This document shows positions 10,265 to 20,553 of a stretch of DNA of 64,000 nucleotides, piece by piece. The notes under the pieces are model-generated. The model searched no databases. It was not told where the DNA came from and worked only from the letters and a program-made list of their open reading frames with translations. The translations under genes were made by a program, and so were the position numbers. The DNA comes from a virus. Within the stretch, counting starts at the first letter, position 1. The number at the start of each line of letters is the position of its first letter. The DNA is taken from IMG/VR virus record IMGVR_UViG_3300021466_000176. One strand, written 5' to 3'.

Positions 10265-11005
10265 CTACTCTACCCACCTTGGGGGGAGTGGGGGTATTGC
10301 GCGAGAACACAGTTCATTATAGATTATAACTGATGAGTCAATGAATTCTATAAACCTATATGACTTTATCGAGTTCGTTCCCTATTCTACCCACCTTCCC
10401 CCCAGTGGGGGTATTGCGCGAGAACACAGTTCATTATAATTATTGAGCGATAAATCTATACTACTTTATCGAGTTCGATTCACTATTCTACCCACCTTGG
10501 GGGGAGTGGGGGTATTGCGCGAGAACACAGTTCATTACATATTCTACCTTATGAGTAACGTATTGGAGACCGGATGAGACCGGATCGGTCCGGCTCGGTC
10601 CGACTAATAGACCACCACGGACGGAGATAGTACCTTGCGCCAGAAAAAATGTAGATGACCTTACAGGTCATCTACGCACGCGCGCGCGTATTTTAGTAGT
10701 GACGAAGGAACATAAAAAATTTTAGAAGAAATAGAATTCACTGGGAAGAACACCTCACTCCGGTATTTGTAGGGAGTAAAGGAATTCACTCCATAGTACT
10801 TAAAGGGGGGGGTGAAGTATCAACTGTAATCTATAATGAACTGTGTTCTCGCGCAATACCCCCACTCCCCCCAAGGTGGGTAGAGTAGTAAATCGACCCA
10901 CTCATAAATTAAAATATGTAATGAATTGTTTGCTGGCGCAACACCCCCACTCCCCCCAAGGTGGGTAGAGTAGGGAACGAACTCGATAAAGTCATATAGG
11001 TTTAT
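10265..11005. repeat. Origin-like repeat locus A: 3 direct + 2 inverted ~56-bp G-string units flanking a palindrome and AT-rich tract
   Basis: Unit CTACTCTACCCACCTTGGGGGGAGTGGGGGTATTGCGCGAGAACACAGTTCATTAT at 10265, 10382, 10483; inverted at ~10834 and ~10920; IR GTAGATGACC-TTACA-GGTCATCTAC 10651-10675; (CG)n 10676-10690; AT-rich 10690-10740. Repeats certain, origin function inferred. Confidence 0.8.
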
Positions 11006-11188
11006 ACTGTGATCTATATAGACGAACATAGCCGGTTTTAGCCAGTTAGTAACTGTTAGTTAGGTGATTCGGAAACTTTTTGCCACCCTGTTCCGTACGA
11101 CGAGTCCGCGAGAAAATCAACGTCGGCGCTGTCGTCCCCTTGTCCGATCTCATGGGGTGGGCGATAGTCAACGTAGCACGATAACAAC

Positions 11189-12496
11189 ATGCAAGAACCA
11201 GAAACCATCGACGTAGACCTTGAGGCCCCGATCCGGGAAGAGGACCTTCCGAAGAACTTCGACGTGAAGGGAACCTTCCGTGAGTTGATGGAGTTGGCGA
11301 ATAACGAACTCGAATCCATCCCCGAAGACGTAGTTGGGATTCGGCGGTATACATTAGAAGACGATCTCGCGCTTGATTTCGGCAAGCGAAGCGCCGAACT
11401 CGTCCTATTCGGCCTCAACCGGAGCGCGTTCGACATTGCCATAAGCCAACTTGCCGATTCGACCGAGTTCGCAAATAAGACCGCTTTCAAGGAGTACCAC
11501 GACGAACACCGTCGATCGATTTCAGCGGGCGGGCACGGCAATCGTCCCTTCGATGAAGTCATCCGGGACGACCTGGCGTCGGTATCCGTCAGTTACTCTT
11601 CGGACTCGAACGAGGATTCTGCGTTCGACTGGCGATTCGAGAGCCCAAACGATGAGTATGCTCCGTTCAACATCCAGACTTCGGACGTAGATCGTACTCA
11701 CTTCTCCTGGGAGGACTTCCGGTCTAAGTTCTGGTCGGCAAGCGGCGCTGGTAGTTCTTTCCCCGCACGTCCGGCTTCCAGATACCGGGACGGTGAGGAC
11801 TGGAAACAGTTCATCGCCATGATGGAAGAGGAACGAGAGACCGAACGCAACGAGATAGACGGTCCTCGGAGCGCAGTGCTGCGCGGCGTGAAGGACTTCA
11901 TCCGGACATCACAAGCTTGCCCGACTATCAAGGCTATGAAGTTTACAAACGGCGTTGCGATGGACGCGAACCCATTAGAAGATGAGGAAGAACCCTCAGA
12001 AGTTTGCGTACTCCGGACTGTTGTGAAGAACCTCTGTGATGCCGAGGAGATAACTCCGACTGAATTCTACCAGGAAGTGAGCGCACGCGGGCTCATATCT
12101 CCGAACATGCACAACAAAGCGACGGAATCGGTGGTCGAAAACGGGGAGACAGTAACGTACTGGGCTCTCGACTACCAGAAGCTCCGTGAAGAGGAAGGTG
12201 GAGAGTTACTCCCCGAGGAATGGGGAGAAGGGATGGAGTCCGAAGAGGAACGCGAGGAACGCCGGAAAGAGGAATTGAAAGCCGACACCGATGAGGAAAT
12301 CGATCTCAATAACGAGTCCGACCTTACTGACGACGCGGTAGCTGGAACAGAAGAGAAACCAGAAGAACTCGAACAAGACGAGGAAAGCGAAAGAACTCCG
12401 AAAAGTAGGGGGAAGTTTAGTGTCGGTGATTCGCTAAATGGCGGAGACGGTGGAGGAGAAGAGGACGAGGGGGATGGGGGTGAAGAGGGTGAGTAG
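11189..12496 (+). CDS. Hypothetical acidic protein next to origin-like locus (candidate replication protein)
   Basis: 435-aa ORF, first gene after locus A, overlaps helicase start; function inferred from position only. Confidence 0.6.
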   Translation: MQEPETIDVDLEAPIREEDLPKNFDVKGTFRELMELANNELESIPEDVVGIRRYTLEDDLALDFGKRSAELVLFGLNRSAFDIAISQLADSTEFANKTAFKEYHDEHRRSISAGGHGNRPFDEVIRDDLASVSVSYSSDSNEDSAFDWRFESPNDEYAPFNIQTSDVDRTHFSWEDFRSKFWSASGAGSSFPARPASRYRDGEDWKQFIAMMEEERETERNEIDGPRSAVLRGVKDFIRTSQACPTIKAMKFTNGVAMDANPLEDEEEPSEVCVLRTVVKNLCDAEEITPTEFYQEVSARGLISPNMHNKATESVVENGETVTYWALDYQKLREEEGGELLPEEWGEGMESEEEREERRKEELKADTDEEIDLNNESDLTDDAVAGTEEKPEELEQDEESERTPKSRGKFSVGDSLNGGDGGGEEDEGDGGEEGE

Positions 12497-14558
12497 CGAC
12501 AACTCTAACTCGTCGGATTCTCCCACTCAGGCCGCCGCCCGTCCGGAGTGGCTGGAGTCGATCGACATTCCGGAGATCGAGGAGTACCCCGCTGACAGTT
12601 CGGTGAAGTTGAATGGCCCCCCAGGATGTGGGAAAACGTTTACTGCCGGTGCTCGCGTGGGGATCTGTATCTCCGAGTTGGGATACGACATCTCCGACGT
12701 AGCATGGGTAACATACCGCACTTCTCTCGCTCAGGAAACCCTCGAACGGTTCGGGGAATGGAATCTCGTTAGCTCGTGGGAACTCGATGATCCGATGAGC
12801 GGATCGACCAAGCAGATCGGCACGATCCACGCTATCGCGCGCCGTCTGCTCGGTATTAACAAAGACCGCGTTGAGCCGGGCCACAAGACGGAGTTCTGCA
12901 AGAAGGTATTGAACTTCGATTATAATTCCGACGACCGTAAAGGTGCAGGAAACCAGTTGTTCTCCTGTTTCAATTGGCTGTGCAACAATCTCTATGACCC
13001 GGGCGACCGATCCGATGTCACCGAGTGGCCGAACTCCGATCAGGCGCGCGGTGATCTCATCATCGATACTGGCGGGATATCCATCACCCCTAATAAACTC
13101 GTAAAGTACTGGGAAGCATGGAACGCGTATAAATCCCGGAAGGACTTGGTTGACTTCCATGAGATGCTCTCCCAGGCGTTCAAGAGTGACTTGTCTCCTG
13201 TTGGGGAAAACGGAATCCTGGTCGTGGACGAGTACCACGACGTGACGCCGTTGATGGCTGCTGTCTGTGAGGACTGGATCGAAGATGCTGGAACAGTGAT
13301 CGTCGCTGGTGATCCCCTCCAAGTAGTCAATTCCTTCGATGGCGCTGATCCGAAGTACTTCAATCGTATCGATCTCCCCGAGGTGGTTCTGCCCCGGTCG
13401 TACCGACTCCCAAAGGAGTTTCTGGACTTCGCCCGGCGGATAATCTCGAAAAGCGGGGAGATAATGCCGGAGATCGAACCGGACAGAAACGAGTCCGGGG
13501 ATCCCCGAACCGGGACGATCTACACGCACAAGCTCCCGCCGAAGATCGACGGCGACTACCAGTACGAGGACACCATGCTCGACGTTCACGGGCAGGTATT
13601 CAACGGGTATAAGGTGCCAGCGCCGGACAGGGAATCCTCTCCGGTGAGCATCGTCGATAACGCCCGGGAGGAATCCGATGGCGGGTCGGATGTGATGTTC
13701 CTCGCTCGAACGCGCTTCCAGACTGAGGGAATCGCGTCCGCACTCGGGTACGGTGGTGTGATATACACCGGCCAGGAAAACCTCAATGGTTGGGACACCG
13801 AATCCGATCGGAAGGGGACGAAAGACCGGACGCATTTGTTCGACGCCCTCCAGCGAATCCGGGGTATCACGGCCGGTTCGTTCGAGGGCACGAACGCCAA
13901 CCAGGGTTTGTCAGCTTTCGGTGGCGGTGTGAGCAGTCGGATCGATCCGATGAACGTGACACTCCGCCCGGAGGAACTGGAAGCTCTCGTCTACTACACG
14001 CAGTCGGGTCACCATGAGCTGTCCCGATCGGATATTAATCAAAAGATGCGGATCTTCGTGGATGAGGGCAAGCCAGTGTCGCTTCATACCCTCGCTGGAT
14101 GGGTCGAACCCGAGTTCTGGACAGCCTACACGAACGGTTCTGCGTCCGTGCAAAAGTTAAATGAGTCCCGTGGTGGGTCGAACCAGTCCGGAGGAATGAA
14201 CGATCACGACCGGGCGCTGCTTACTCGGTCGTTGACTCGATACCCGCCTGGAACCACCATCTCGGGCCCGATTCCGGGAGCTAACGACCCTAACGACGGT
14301 AGAGTCGGGGATATCGAGGACGTGAAGGTTATGACAATTCACGCTTCGAAGGGATCCGAAGCCGAGGATGTGGTGGTCTACGATGGCATCACTGGGAACA
14401 TAAAGCGGGGAATCATGAAGCAGGGGACAGACGAGATGCTCAACGAGCATCGGGTGTGGTATGTCGCCGTTACGCGGGCTTCGGAGCGTCTCCACGTCAT
14501 GTTAAATGATGGCGGGTTCGAGTTCGTGACACCCTTCTTGACCCCGAGGATGGGCTGA
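12489..14558 (+). CDS. UvrD/Rep-family SF1 helicase
   Basis: GPPGCGKT, VDEYHD, GDPLQ, SYRLP, MTIHASKGSE, YVAVTRA; GTG 12489 overlapping upstream stop is the preferred start. Confidence 0.9.
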   Translation: MSSDNSNSSDSPTQAAARPEWLESIDIPEIEEYPADSSVKLNGPPGCGKTFTAGARVGICISELGYDISDVAWVTYRTSLAQETLERFGEWNLVSSWELDDPMSGSTKQIGTIHAIARRLLGINKDRVEPGHKTEFCKKVLNFDYNSDDRKGAGNQLFSCFNWLCNNLYDPGDRSDVTEWPNSDQARGDLIIDTGGISITPNKLVKYWEAWNAYKSRKDLVDFHEMLSQAFKSDLSPVGENGILVVDEYHDVTPLMAAVCEDWIEDAGTVIVAGDPLQVVNSFDGADPKYFNRIDLPEVVLPRSYRLPKEFLDFARRIISKSGEIMPEIEPDRNESGDPRTGTIYTHKLPPKIDGDYQYEDTMLDVHGQVFNGYKVPAPDRESSPVSIVDNAREESDGGSDVMFLARTRFQTEGIASALGYGGVIYTGQENLNGWDTESDRKGTKDRTHLFDALQRIRGITAGSFEGTNANQGLSAFGGGVSSRIDPMNVTLRPEELEALVYYTQSGHHELSRSDINQKMRIFVDEGKPVSLHTLAGWVEPEFWTAYTNGSASVQKLNESRGGSNQSGGMNDHDRALLTRSLTRYPPGTTISGPIPGANDPNDGRVGDIEDVKVMTIHASKGSEAEDVVVYDGITGNIKRGIMKQGTDEMLNEHRVWYVAVTRASERLHVMLNDGGFEFVTPFLTPRMG

Positions 14559-14597
14559 CCAACTTTTTGAAAAAGTTGGTGTCAAAAACAGCACCGC
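14558..14597 (+). repeat. REP-like AACTTT..AAAAGTT hairpin unit
   Basis: ACCAACTTTTTGAAAAAGTTGGT-GTCAAAAAC directly after helicase stop; related copy at 5312-5345. Confidence 0.75.
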
Positions 14598-14676
14598 AGG
14601 CAAGCGTTAGAGAATATCTATCACGCCTTGATGCGGAAGGTTCAAGTAAATGTGTAAACAATGTCGAAACCCGAGA

Positions 14677-14832
14677 ATGGATACCCACGAAATAGACGGC
14701 GACGAAGTGATCAACGGGGTCGTAACACCCACCGGGAACGGGGCGCATGTCCTCGTCCCGAAGCGGTGGATAGGAGCGGACGTGAAAGTCGTCCGAACCT
14801 CCGATCCCGTCCCTGAAGTACAGAGCGAGTGA
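14677..14832 (+). CDS. DUF2080-like small protein
   Basis: VTPTGNGAHVLVPKRWIGADVKVVR pattern. Confidence 0.7.
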   Translation: MDTHEIDGDEVINGVVTPTGNGAHVLVPKRWIGADVKVVRTSDPVPEVQSE

Positions 14833-14854
14833 ACACAGCGAAACGACGACGATA

Positions 14855-17800
14855 ATGCACGACAACACTGCGAACGACGACAGCACAGTATCGATTCCAG
14901 CGGCGCGAAACGACGGTACCATCCGGGAAAACCTCACCGATAACGCCTACGAGAACGTCTTCCCCGCGCGCTATCTGAAGCGCAACGAAGAGGGAGAGAT
15001 CGTAGAGACGGTCGAAGAAGCCTTCGAGCGCGTGTCACACAACGTCGCGCTTGCTGATCTCGCCCATCAGACGGAAGATTCAATTGAAGGGCGTGTTCAC
15101 GTCAGTGCGGATTGCGTGCGCCCCGACGATCCGGAAGAGAAGCGACGGAAGATATTCGGTATCATATTCGCTGAGTATGGAGGGGGTCACGGTCCGCGAG
15201 ACTCCGAAATCCCAGTGAACGAGGATACGGCGAAATATCTCGATTACGAATCGGTCCGGAGGGAACTCACCGGAGAGGTGAAATCGGAGTTGGAAGATAC
15301 CGCCGATAAGTTCTTCGATCACATCAGTAGTCTAAAATTCACACCTAATTGTATCCCTTCAGGATCTCTCGTCGCTTCTGATGGGGGGTTGAACGAAATA
15401 CAAGATGTGGAATCCGGAGACAGGGTGTATGATGATGTCGATGGGAACGCCACTGTCGAATCTAAGTTCGATAATGGGTCTAAAGAGGTAGTCCGTATCA
15501 AAACAAGATCCGGGTACGCAGTGCGAGCAACTCCTGAACACTACTTCCGTGTAATAACCGACGATGGAAATTACGATTGGAAGCAAGTCAAAGATATTTC
15601 GGATGGAGATGTGATGGCGCTACAGGAGGATTTCCTTGATGACGACGTAACTGATCCCAACTTAGATTCACTCGGTGATGGGGAATCCCCATATGATGTC
15701 GGGTCCCCCCGTCATGGATTCTCATCTCCATCTTTGATGACGCCTGATCTCGCCGAATGGTTGGGACTCTACGTCGCAAATGGCGCTACTCGGGAATCCG
15801 GAGTGAGGGTGGCGTTCAATGGTGGGGATGATGATCTTCACTCGCATTGGGTAGAACTGACTGCTGAACTCTTCGACTTTCAACCAACTCTAAACGACCA
15901 CCACAGCGATGCGGATTGTGTCGAAGGTGGCGCTTACCGACGTGATCTGGTCGATTATCTCGATACGAACGGGTTACGGAAAGAATCATCAAACGACGCT
16001 GTTATTCCATCACCCGTGATGGGGGGTGGGAAGAGCGTTTCCGCAGCCTTCATCCGAGGTCTGTTCGAAGCTGATGGGACTATCGATGACCAGTGTATTG
16101 AATACTACTCGAACAGTTATGAGTTAGCTCACGGAGTACAGAAGCTACTCCTCGGATTAGGAATCAGAGGTGTATTGAAGGAGAAACGGGGTGGTTATAG
16201 GCTTACCATTCGAAAAAACAGATCCGGGAAGCGATTCGTTGAGCAGATTGGATTCATCAGCGAGAGGAAAAGATCGAAGCAGCATGAGTATACTGAGGTG
16301 GATGAGAGGTCTACCACCATTAAGATCCCCAACATGGTGAAACCGATGCGTAAGTGGCTATCCAATAACGATATCTCATCCGAAGTCAGATCCGACATCC
16401 GTCAATTTGTCCTACCTCCGGATTCGGATTACCTTCAGCAATTCAGCTACAGATCCTTCGAACGCACGGCGGCCGAACATCCGGTACTACTGGAATCTCC
16501 AGTGGCCGAGTTCGCCGAACGTGACCAGCTATACGAGCAAGTAGTATCCATCGAGGGAATGGGGACAATGCCGGTGGAAGATATGAAGATACCTCGCCGG
16601 AATACCTACGTTACAGAAGGGTTTGTGAGCCATAACAGCCCAACGTGGATGAACGCTGGAAACACTCTACAGCAACTCAGCGCCTGTTTCGTGTCTAACC
16701 CGGAAGACGATCTCACGGATATATTCGACACTGAGGGCGATGCAGCAAAAGTCTTCCAAAGCGGGGGTGGGCTCGGATACGATTTCTCCTCGCTTCGCCC
16801 CTACGGTGACCCTGTAGGCGGATCGGGCGGGGTAGCATCCGGACCCATCAGCTTCATGCGGAGCTACGACACGATGTGTGCCACCATTGCACAGGGCGGG
16901 AAGCGCAGGGGCGCTCAGATGGCGAACATGCGGATCGACCATCCGGATGCTCCCTACTTCATCCACTCGAAGCGGATGGACGTATCCCTCGCTCAGACTC
17001 TCCTACTTAACGATCCTGATGACTTCACGCACAGTAGCTTCGGGGATGCACTCGAAGAAGCGCGCGAGTTGATCGATGATGAAGGCCGCGTCCCCGAACA
17101 CCTCCGGAACGCAGCCGAGGGGCACCTTTCTAACTTCAATATCTCGTTGTTCATCCCCGATCGGTTCATGGATGCACTCGAAAACGAGGACACGTATGAG
17201 ATGATTAATCCCCGAACGGGCGAGCAACACATCGCCACTGATGGGACCGTCGAGATGTACGGTTGGTTCGATCTCGATGAGTACGTCGAAGTCGGCGAGC
17301 CCGTGGAACTGCCGGCAGAGGAAATCTGGTCGCGGATCATCACCGGGGCCCACGCCAACGGCGAACCTGGGGTCATTTTCGATGATACGGTCAATCGAGA
17401 TCACAGCTTCGATGTGGACAAATACCCAGAGAAACGCATAAAAGCTACCAATCCGTGCGGCGAACAGGCCCTTATGGATTACGAATCGTGTACTCTTGGG
17501 CATATTAATTTATCAACCATCACCCAGGCGGATGGTGATGGGAACACGATCACCTTCGAGAGGTGGACCGAAAGTCGCGGACGCTACTACCACGGCGGTC
17601 CGAGTCCACAGGACATCCGGGAATACCTCATGGATGCGATCAATCATGAGGAACTCCAGAGCCGGGTAGATATGGGAGTACATTACCTGGATAACGTGCT
17701 CACCATGAGTGATTTCCCGATCGAGAAGATCGATCAGATGGCGAAAGACAACCGAAAGATCGGACTCGGGATTATGGGACTCGCTCAACTCTACGTCGAG

Positions 17801-19303
17801 TTAGGTGTCGAGTACGGATCGGATATCGGCAACGAGATCGCTCGACAGTTAATGAGCACCATCAACCACTTCTCGAAGCGTAAATCAAACGAACTCGCTA
17901 AAGAACGTGGGGTCTTCCCGAACTGGGAGGATTCGAAGTGGGCTGATCCGGAATCGCACACTGAGTGGTTCGAGAAACACACGGGTCTGGTTGCCTCGGA
18001 GTTTTCCGATGGGTTCCGGATGCGAAATCACAACACGATGACGATCGCCCCGACCGGGACTACCAGCATGGTAGGTAATACCACGGGCGGGTGTGAGCCG
18101 ATGTTCAACGTCGCTAACTACAAAAACGTCTCACAGGACGTTCAGGGCGAGGAGATGCTCGTCCAGTTCGACTCACTCTTCCTTGACGTTCTGGAGGCGA
18201 GCGGTATCGATGTGGACGAGGTAAAAACCGAGTGCCAAGAGTTGATGGAAGCAGGAGAGTTCGACACCGCTCGGGACCTCGATACGGTCCCGGATGAACT
18301 CGCTCGCTTGTTCGTCACCAGCGGCGAACTCACTGCTAAAGAACACGCTTCGGTCCAGTGTGCGTGTCAAGAAGGTGTTGATTCGTCAATAAGTAAGACG
18401 ACAAACGCCTCACATGATTCGACGGTCGAGGATGCCGACGAGGTGTTCCGTTACATCTACGAGAACGGCGGAAAGGGAATCACCTACTACCGCGACGGTT
18501 CCCGATCCAAGCAAGTGCTAACAACTCGCAAGGAGAATTCTCTCGATGGGTTTGCGGAGGAATCCGGGGAGTTCAATGCGGAATCACTGGTCGAATCCCT
18601 CGACGAAGAGCAGCTCGCTGATCTGGAGAACGAGATGCAGATCGACAACGAAGCACCAGATTACGATGAGCCAGATGTAATTATCGGGACTGAGGATAGT
18701 TCGGATGAAGACGGGTACGCGACGAAGCGCCCCCGTCCGGACGTACTCCACGGCGCGAGCCAGCGGATCGATACCGGCTTCGGGAAAATCTACGTGAACG
18801 TGAACGACGATGAGAACGGCCGTCCGTTCGAAGTGTTCCTCAACACCGGAAAGTCCGGTGGGTTCACGAACGGCTTTACCGAAGCTCTCGCACAGATGAT
18901 CTCGGTCGCGCTGCGTTCGGGCGTCGATCCGGAGGAAGTGATCGATGGGATATCGGGAATCAAGAGCCCGCGAGTCGCGTGGGACCAAGGCGAACAGATC
19001 GAGTCGATTCCGGATGGGGTGGCGACGGGCCTCCGCCGGCATATCGACCGGGATCTCTCAGGCGTCCGTGAAGGCGCACAGTCGCTCGCTGAGGACTCGG
19101 AGTTCGAGACGGATGGAGGATCGGACGATGATGAAAACTCCGAGAGCGAAGACACTGGCGGGATGAGATCGCACGCTGGCGCAGCGGCCGACATGATCGC
19201 CAATGGCGAGTCGCCGGAGTGTCCGGAGTGTGGTGCGTTCGCGCTGTCCTACTCCGAGGGATGTAAGAAATGTGAAAGTTGTGGATGGTCGGAGTGTGGA
19301 TGA
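14855..19303 (+). CDS. nrdJ: Class II (B12-dependent) ribonucleotide reductase with intein
   Basis: PN/SPTWMNAG, QGGKRRGAQM, TNPCGEQ, TIAPTGT, YYRDGSR, C-terminal TSCPD-like and Zn-ribbon. Confidence 0.95.
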   Translation: MHDNTANDDSTVSIPAARNDGTIRENLTDNAYENVFPARYLKRNEEGEIVETVEEAFERVSHNVALADLAHQTEDSIEGRVHVSADCVRPDDPEEKRRKIFGIIFAEYGGGHGPRDSEIPVNEDTAKYLDYESVRRELTGEVKSELEDTADKFFDHISSLKFTPNCIPSGSLVASDGGLNEIQDVESGDRVYDDVDGNATVESKFDNGSKEVVRIKTRSGYAVRATPEHYFRVITDDGNYDWKQVKDISDGDVMALQEDFLDDDVTDPNLDSLGDGESPYDVGSPRHGFSSPSLMTPDLAEWLGLYVANGATRESGVRVAFNGGDDDLHSHWVELTAELFDFQPTLNDHHSDADCVEGGAYRRDLVDYLDTNGLRKESSNDAVIPSPVMGGGKSVSAAFIRGLFEADGTIDDQCIEYYSNSYELAHGVQKLLLGLGIRGVLKEKRGGYRLTIRKNRSGKRFVEQIGFISERKRSKQHEYTEVDERSTTIKIPNMVKPMRKWLSNNDISSEVRSDIRQFVLPPDSDYLQQFSYRSFERTAAEHPVLLESPVAEFAERDQLYEQVVSIEGMGTMPVEDMKIPRRNTYVTEGFVSHNSPTWMNAGNTLQQLSACFVSNPEDDLTDIFDTEGDAAKVFQSGGGLGYDFSSLRPYGDPVGGSGGVASGPISFMRSYDTMCATIAQGGKRRGAQMANMRIDHPDAPYFIHSKRMDVSLAQTLLLNDPDDFTHSSFGDALEEARELIDDEGRVPEHLRNAAEGHLSNFNISLFIPDRFMDALENEDTYEMINPRTGEQHIATDGTVEMYGWFDLDEYVEVGEPVELPAEEIWSRIITGAHANGEPGVIFDDTVNRDHSFDVDKYPEKRIKATNPCGEQALMDYESCTLGHINLSTITQADGDGNTITFERWTESRGRYYHGGPSPQDIREYLMDAINHEELQSRVDMGVHYLDNVLTMSDFPIEKIDQMAKDNRKIGLGIMGLAQLYVELGVEYGSDIGNEIARQLMSTINHFSKRKSNELAKERGVFPNWEDSKWADPESHTEWFEKHTGLVASEFSDGFRMRNHNTMTIAPTGTTSMVGNTTGGCEPMFNVANYKNVSQDVQGEEMLVQFDSLFLDVLEASGIDVDEVKTECQELMEAGEFDTARDLDTVPDELARLFVTSGELTAKEHASVQCACQEGVDSSISKTTNASHDSTVEDADEVFRYIYENGGKGITYYRDGSRSKQVLTTRKENSLDGFAEESGEFNAESLVESLDEEQLADLENEMQIDNEAPDYDEPDVIIGTEDSSDEDGYATKRPRPDVLHGASQRIDTGFGKIYVNVNDDENGRPFEVFLNTGKSGGFTNGFTEALAQMISVALRSGVDPEEVIDGISGIKSPRVAWDQGEQIESIPDGVATGLRRHIDRDLSGVREGAQSLAEDSEFETDGGSDDDENSESEDTGGMRSHAGAAADMIANGESPECPECGAFALSYSEGCKKCESCGWSECG
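15350..16636 (+). mobile_element. Intein (429 aa) with LAGLIDADG homing-endonuclease domain
   Basis: Starts at Cys (FTPN|CIPSG), ends FVSHN|S; LGLYVANG and RGLFEADG blocks; excision restores PNSPT. Confidence 0.93.
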
Positions 19304-19359
19304 TTTGTAAGTAAACAAATCCGTAAACTCTTTACGTTTATCCGGATTAGTCGGGGTTG

Positions 19360-19761
19360 ATGTCGGAAGGTACAACTCCCGGCGAGCAGGCATGGATTGA
19401 CACTCAGAACGACCAGATACCCGAAATAACCAGTTATTCCGCCGGATCTATTGTAGATACCGTAATCGGTAGTAAAACCAAGGTCCGTATCCTTGATTTC
19501 CTCATTACCGAGCAAGGAGATGGCGTCCTCGTGAAGACGATCTGCGAACAGACCGGAATCTCCACGACGAGTTTCTACGAGAACATTCATACCCTCGAAG
19601 AGTACAATTTAGTCAAATCGTGGGATGGAGACGGTTATGCTCAGTTGTACGCTATCAACACTGATAGTGAAGCGGCCAAGAAGTTCGCTGAGTTCACTTG
19701 GACTCTTTGCTCTGAGTACGAAGATTTTCCCGATTACGCGAAGGGTGAATCCGATGAGTAG
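19360..19761 (+). CDS. Winged-helix (ArsR-like) regulator
   Basis: KVRILDFL..VKTICEQTGISTTSFYENIHTLEEYNLV. Confidence 0.75.
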   Translation: MSEGTTPGEQAWIDTQNDQIPEITSYSAGSIVDTVIGSKTKVRILDFLITEQGDGVLVKTICEQTGISTTSFYENIHTLEEYNLVKSWDGDGYAQLYAINTDSEAAKKFAEFTWTLCSEYEDFPDYAKGESDE

Positions 19762-20179
19762 TTCGGAGCAGAACGCATACCGAGAATTCTTGGATCAAGC
19801 ACAACTTACCGTCGGGCAACTGAGACCGGAAGACGCGATCGTGAATAATACCCAGGTAGAGGTAACCATCCGGGGGAACGAGACCACGACCTACGATGCT
19901 GTAGGGGCGCATAATTTCGGTAATTCGTACAACCAAGCTGTCGTCCTGTGTTGTTTCGATTGGGTCGAGGAAGACAGGGATGCCCAGAGGGAGTTAGTCG
20001 AACGAAACGCCGAGGAAATCGCATCTTTAAGGGGCGATGATACTGAACCGGGTGATGTGGTGGACGAATACGTATCCGACGACGGCGAACAGAACCTGTT
20101 TTGTAAGTTGCGAAGTATGGTTCCCTGGGAGTACATTATCGAGATAAACTCTGTTGAACAGGATCGGGTGGATCGATGA
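19754..20179 (+). CDS. Hypothetical protein
   Basis: ATG 19754 overlaps upstream stop; 141 aa acidic. Confidence 0.6.
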   Translation: MSSSEQNAYREFLDQAQLTVGQLRPEDAIVNNTQVEVTIRGNETTTYDAVGAHNFGNSYNQAVVLCCFDWVEEDRDAQRELVERNAEEIASLRGDDTEPGDVVDEYVSDDGEQNLFCKLRSMVPWEYIIEINSVEQDRVDR

Positions 20180-20268
20180 GTAGAATCGAGATGTGTGCTG
20201 AGTGCGAAATGAAGTACGGACACCCACAACCGGACTGTGCGGACTGTGAGCGATTAAACAACAGGTAA
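20176..20268 (+). CDS. 30-aa CxxC-CxxC microprotein (below ORF-track cutoff)
   Basis: MSRIEMCAECEMKYGHPQPDCADCERLNNR; ATGA overlap with upstream stop, 4 nt before next start. Confidence 0.55.
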   Translation: MSRIEMCAECEMKYGHPQPDCADCERLNNR

Positions 20269-20272
20269 ACCC

Positions 20273-20500
20273 ATGGCGACACTAAAGAAGTGCGATCGAT
20301 GCGGGGTAGTGAAAGAACACACGGCAAGCAGGCTCGAACGTCATGATGAGTGGGGCCTGAGTGCGAGGCAGCGTGGGAAGCTGAGGCTGTCACAGGATAA
20401 TTCCGAAGGGGTCGATAGGGTCGATCTCTGTGTCGAGTGTACGCGCGATCTCAAGCGGTGGTTCGATACGGATCCCGACAGGGGCGAGAAAGGGGAGTGA
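20273..20500 (+). CDS. Small Zn-finger protein
   Basis: CDRCG ... DLCVEC. Confidence 0.7.
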   Translation: MATLKKCDRCGVVKEHTASRLERHDEWGLSARQRGKLRLSQDNSEGVDRVDLCVECTRDLKRWFDTDPDRGEKGE

Positions 20501-20524
20501 ATCAAAAGATAGGAATCCGGAATC

Positions 20525-20531
20525 TTTATTA
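20525..20531 (+). promoter_or_regulatory. TATA-like box upstream of Y-RNA-like genes
   Basis: TTTATTA ~25 nt upstream of the first paired base of the ncRNA. Confidence 0.5.
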
Positions 20532-20553
20532 CCCAACGCGGACAATTATCGAT

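Noticed and set aside
10265-11005. Canonical ORB/Orc1 origin or CRISPR array
   Set aside because: Units lack the TCCA..GAAAC ORB core, no orc1 nearby; inverted copies and homologous spacers exclude CRISPR
12417-13835. 472-aa ORF on minus strand
   Set aside because: Antisense shadow of the UvrD helicase; not acidic, no motifs
14677-14832. Remnant IS at the DUF2080-like gene
   Set aside because: No adjacent transposase or terminal repeats
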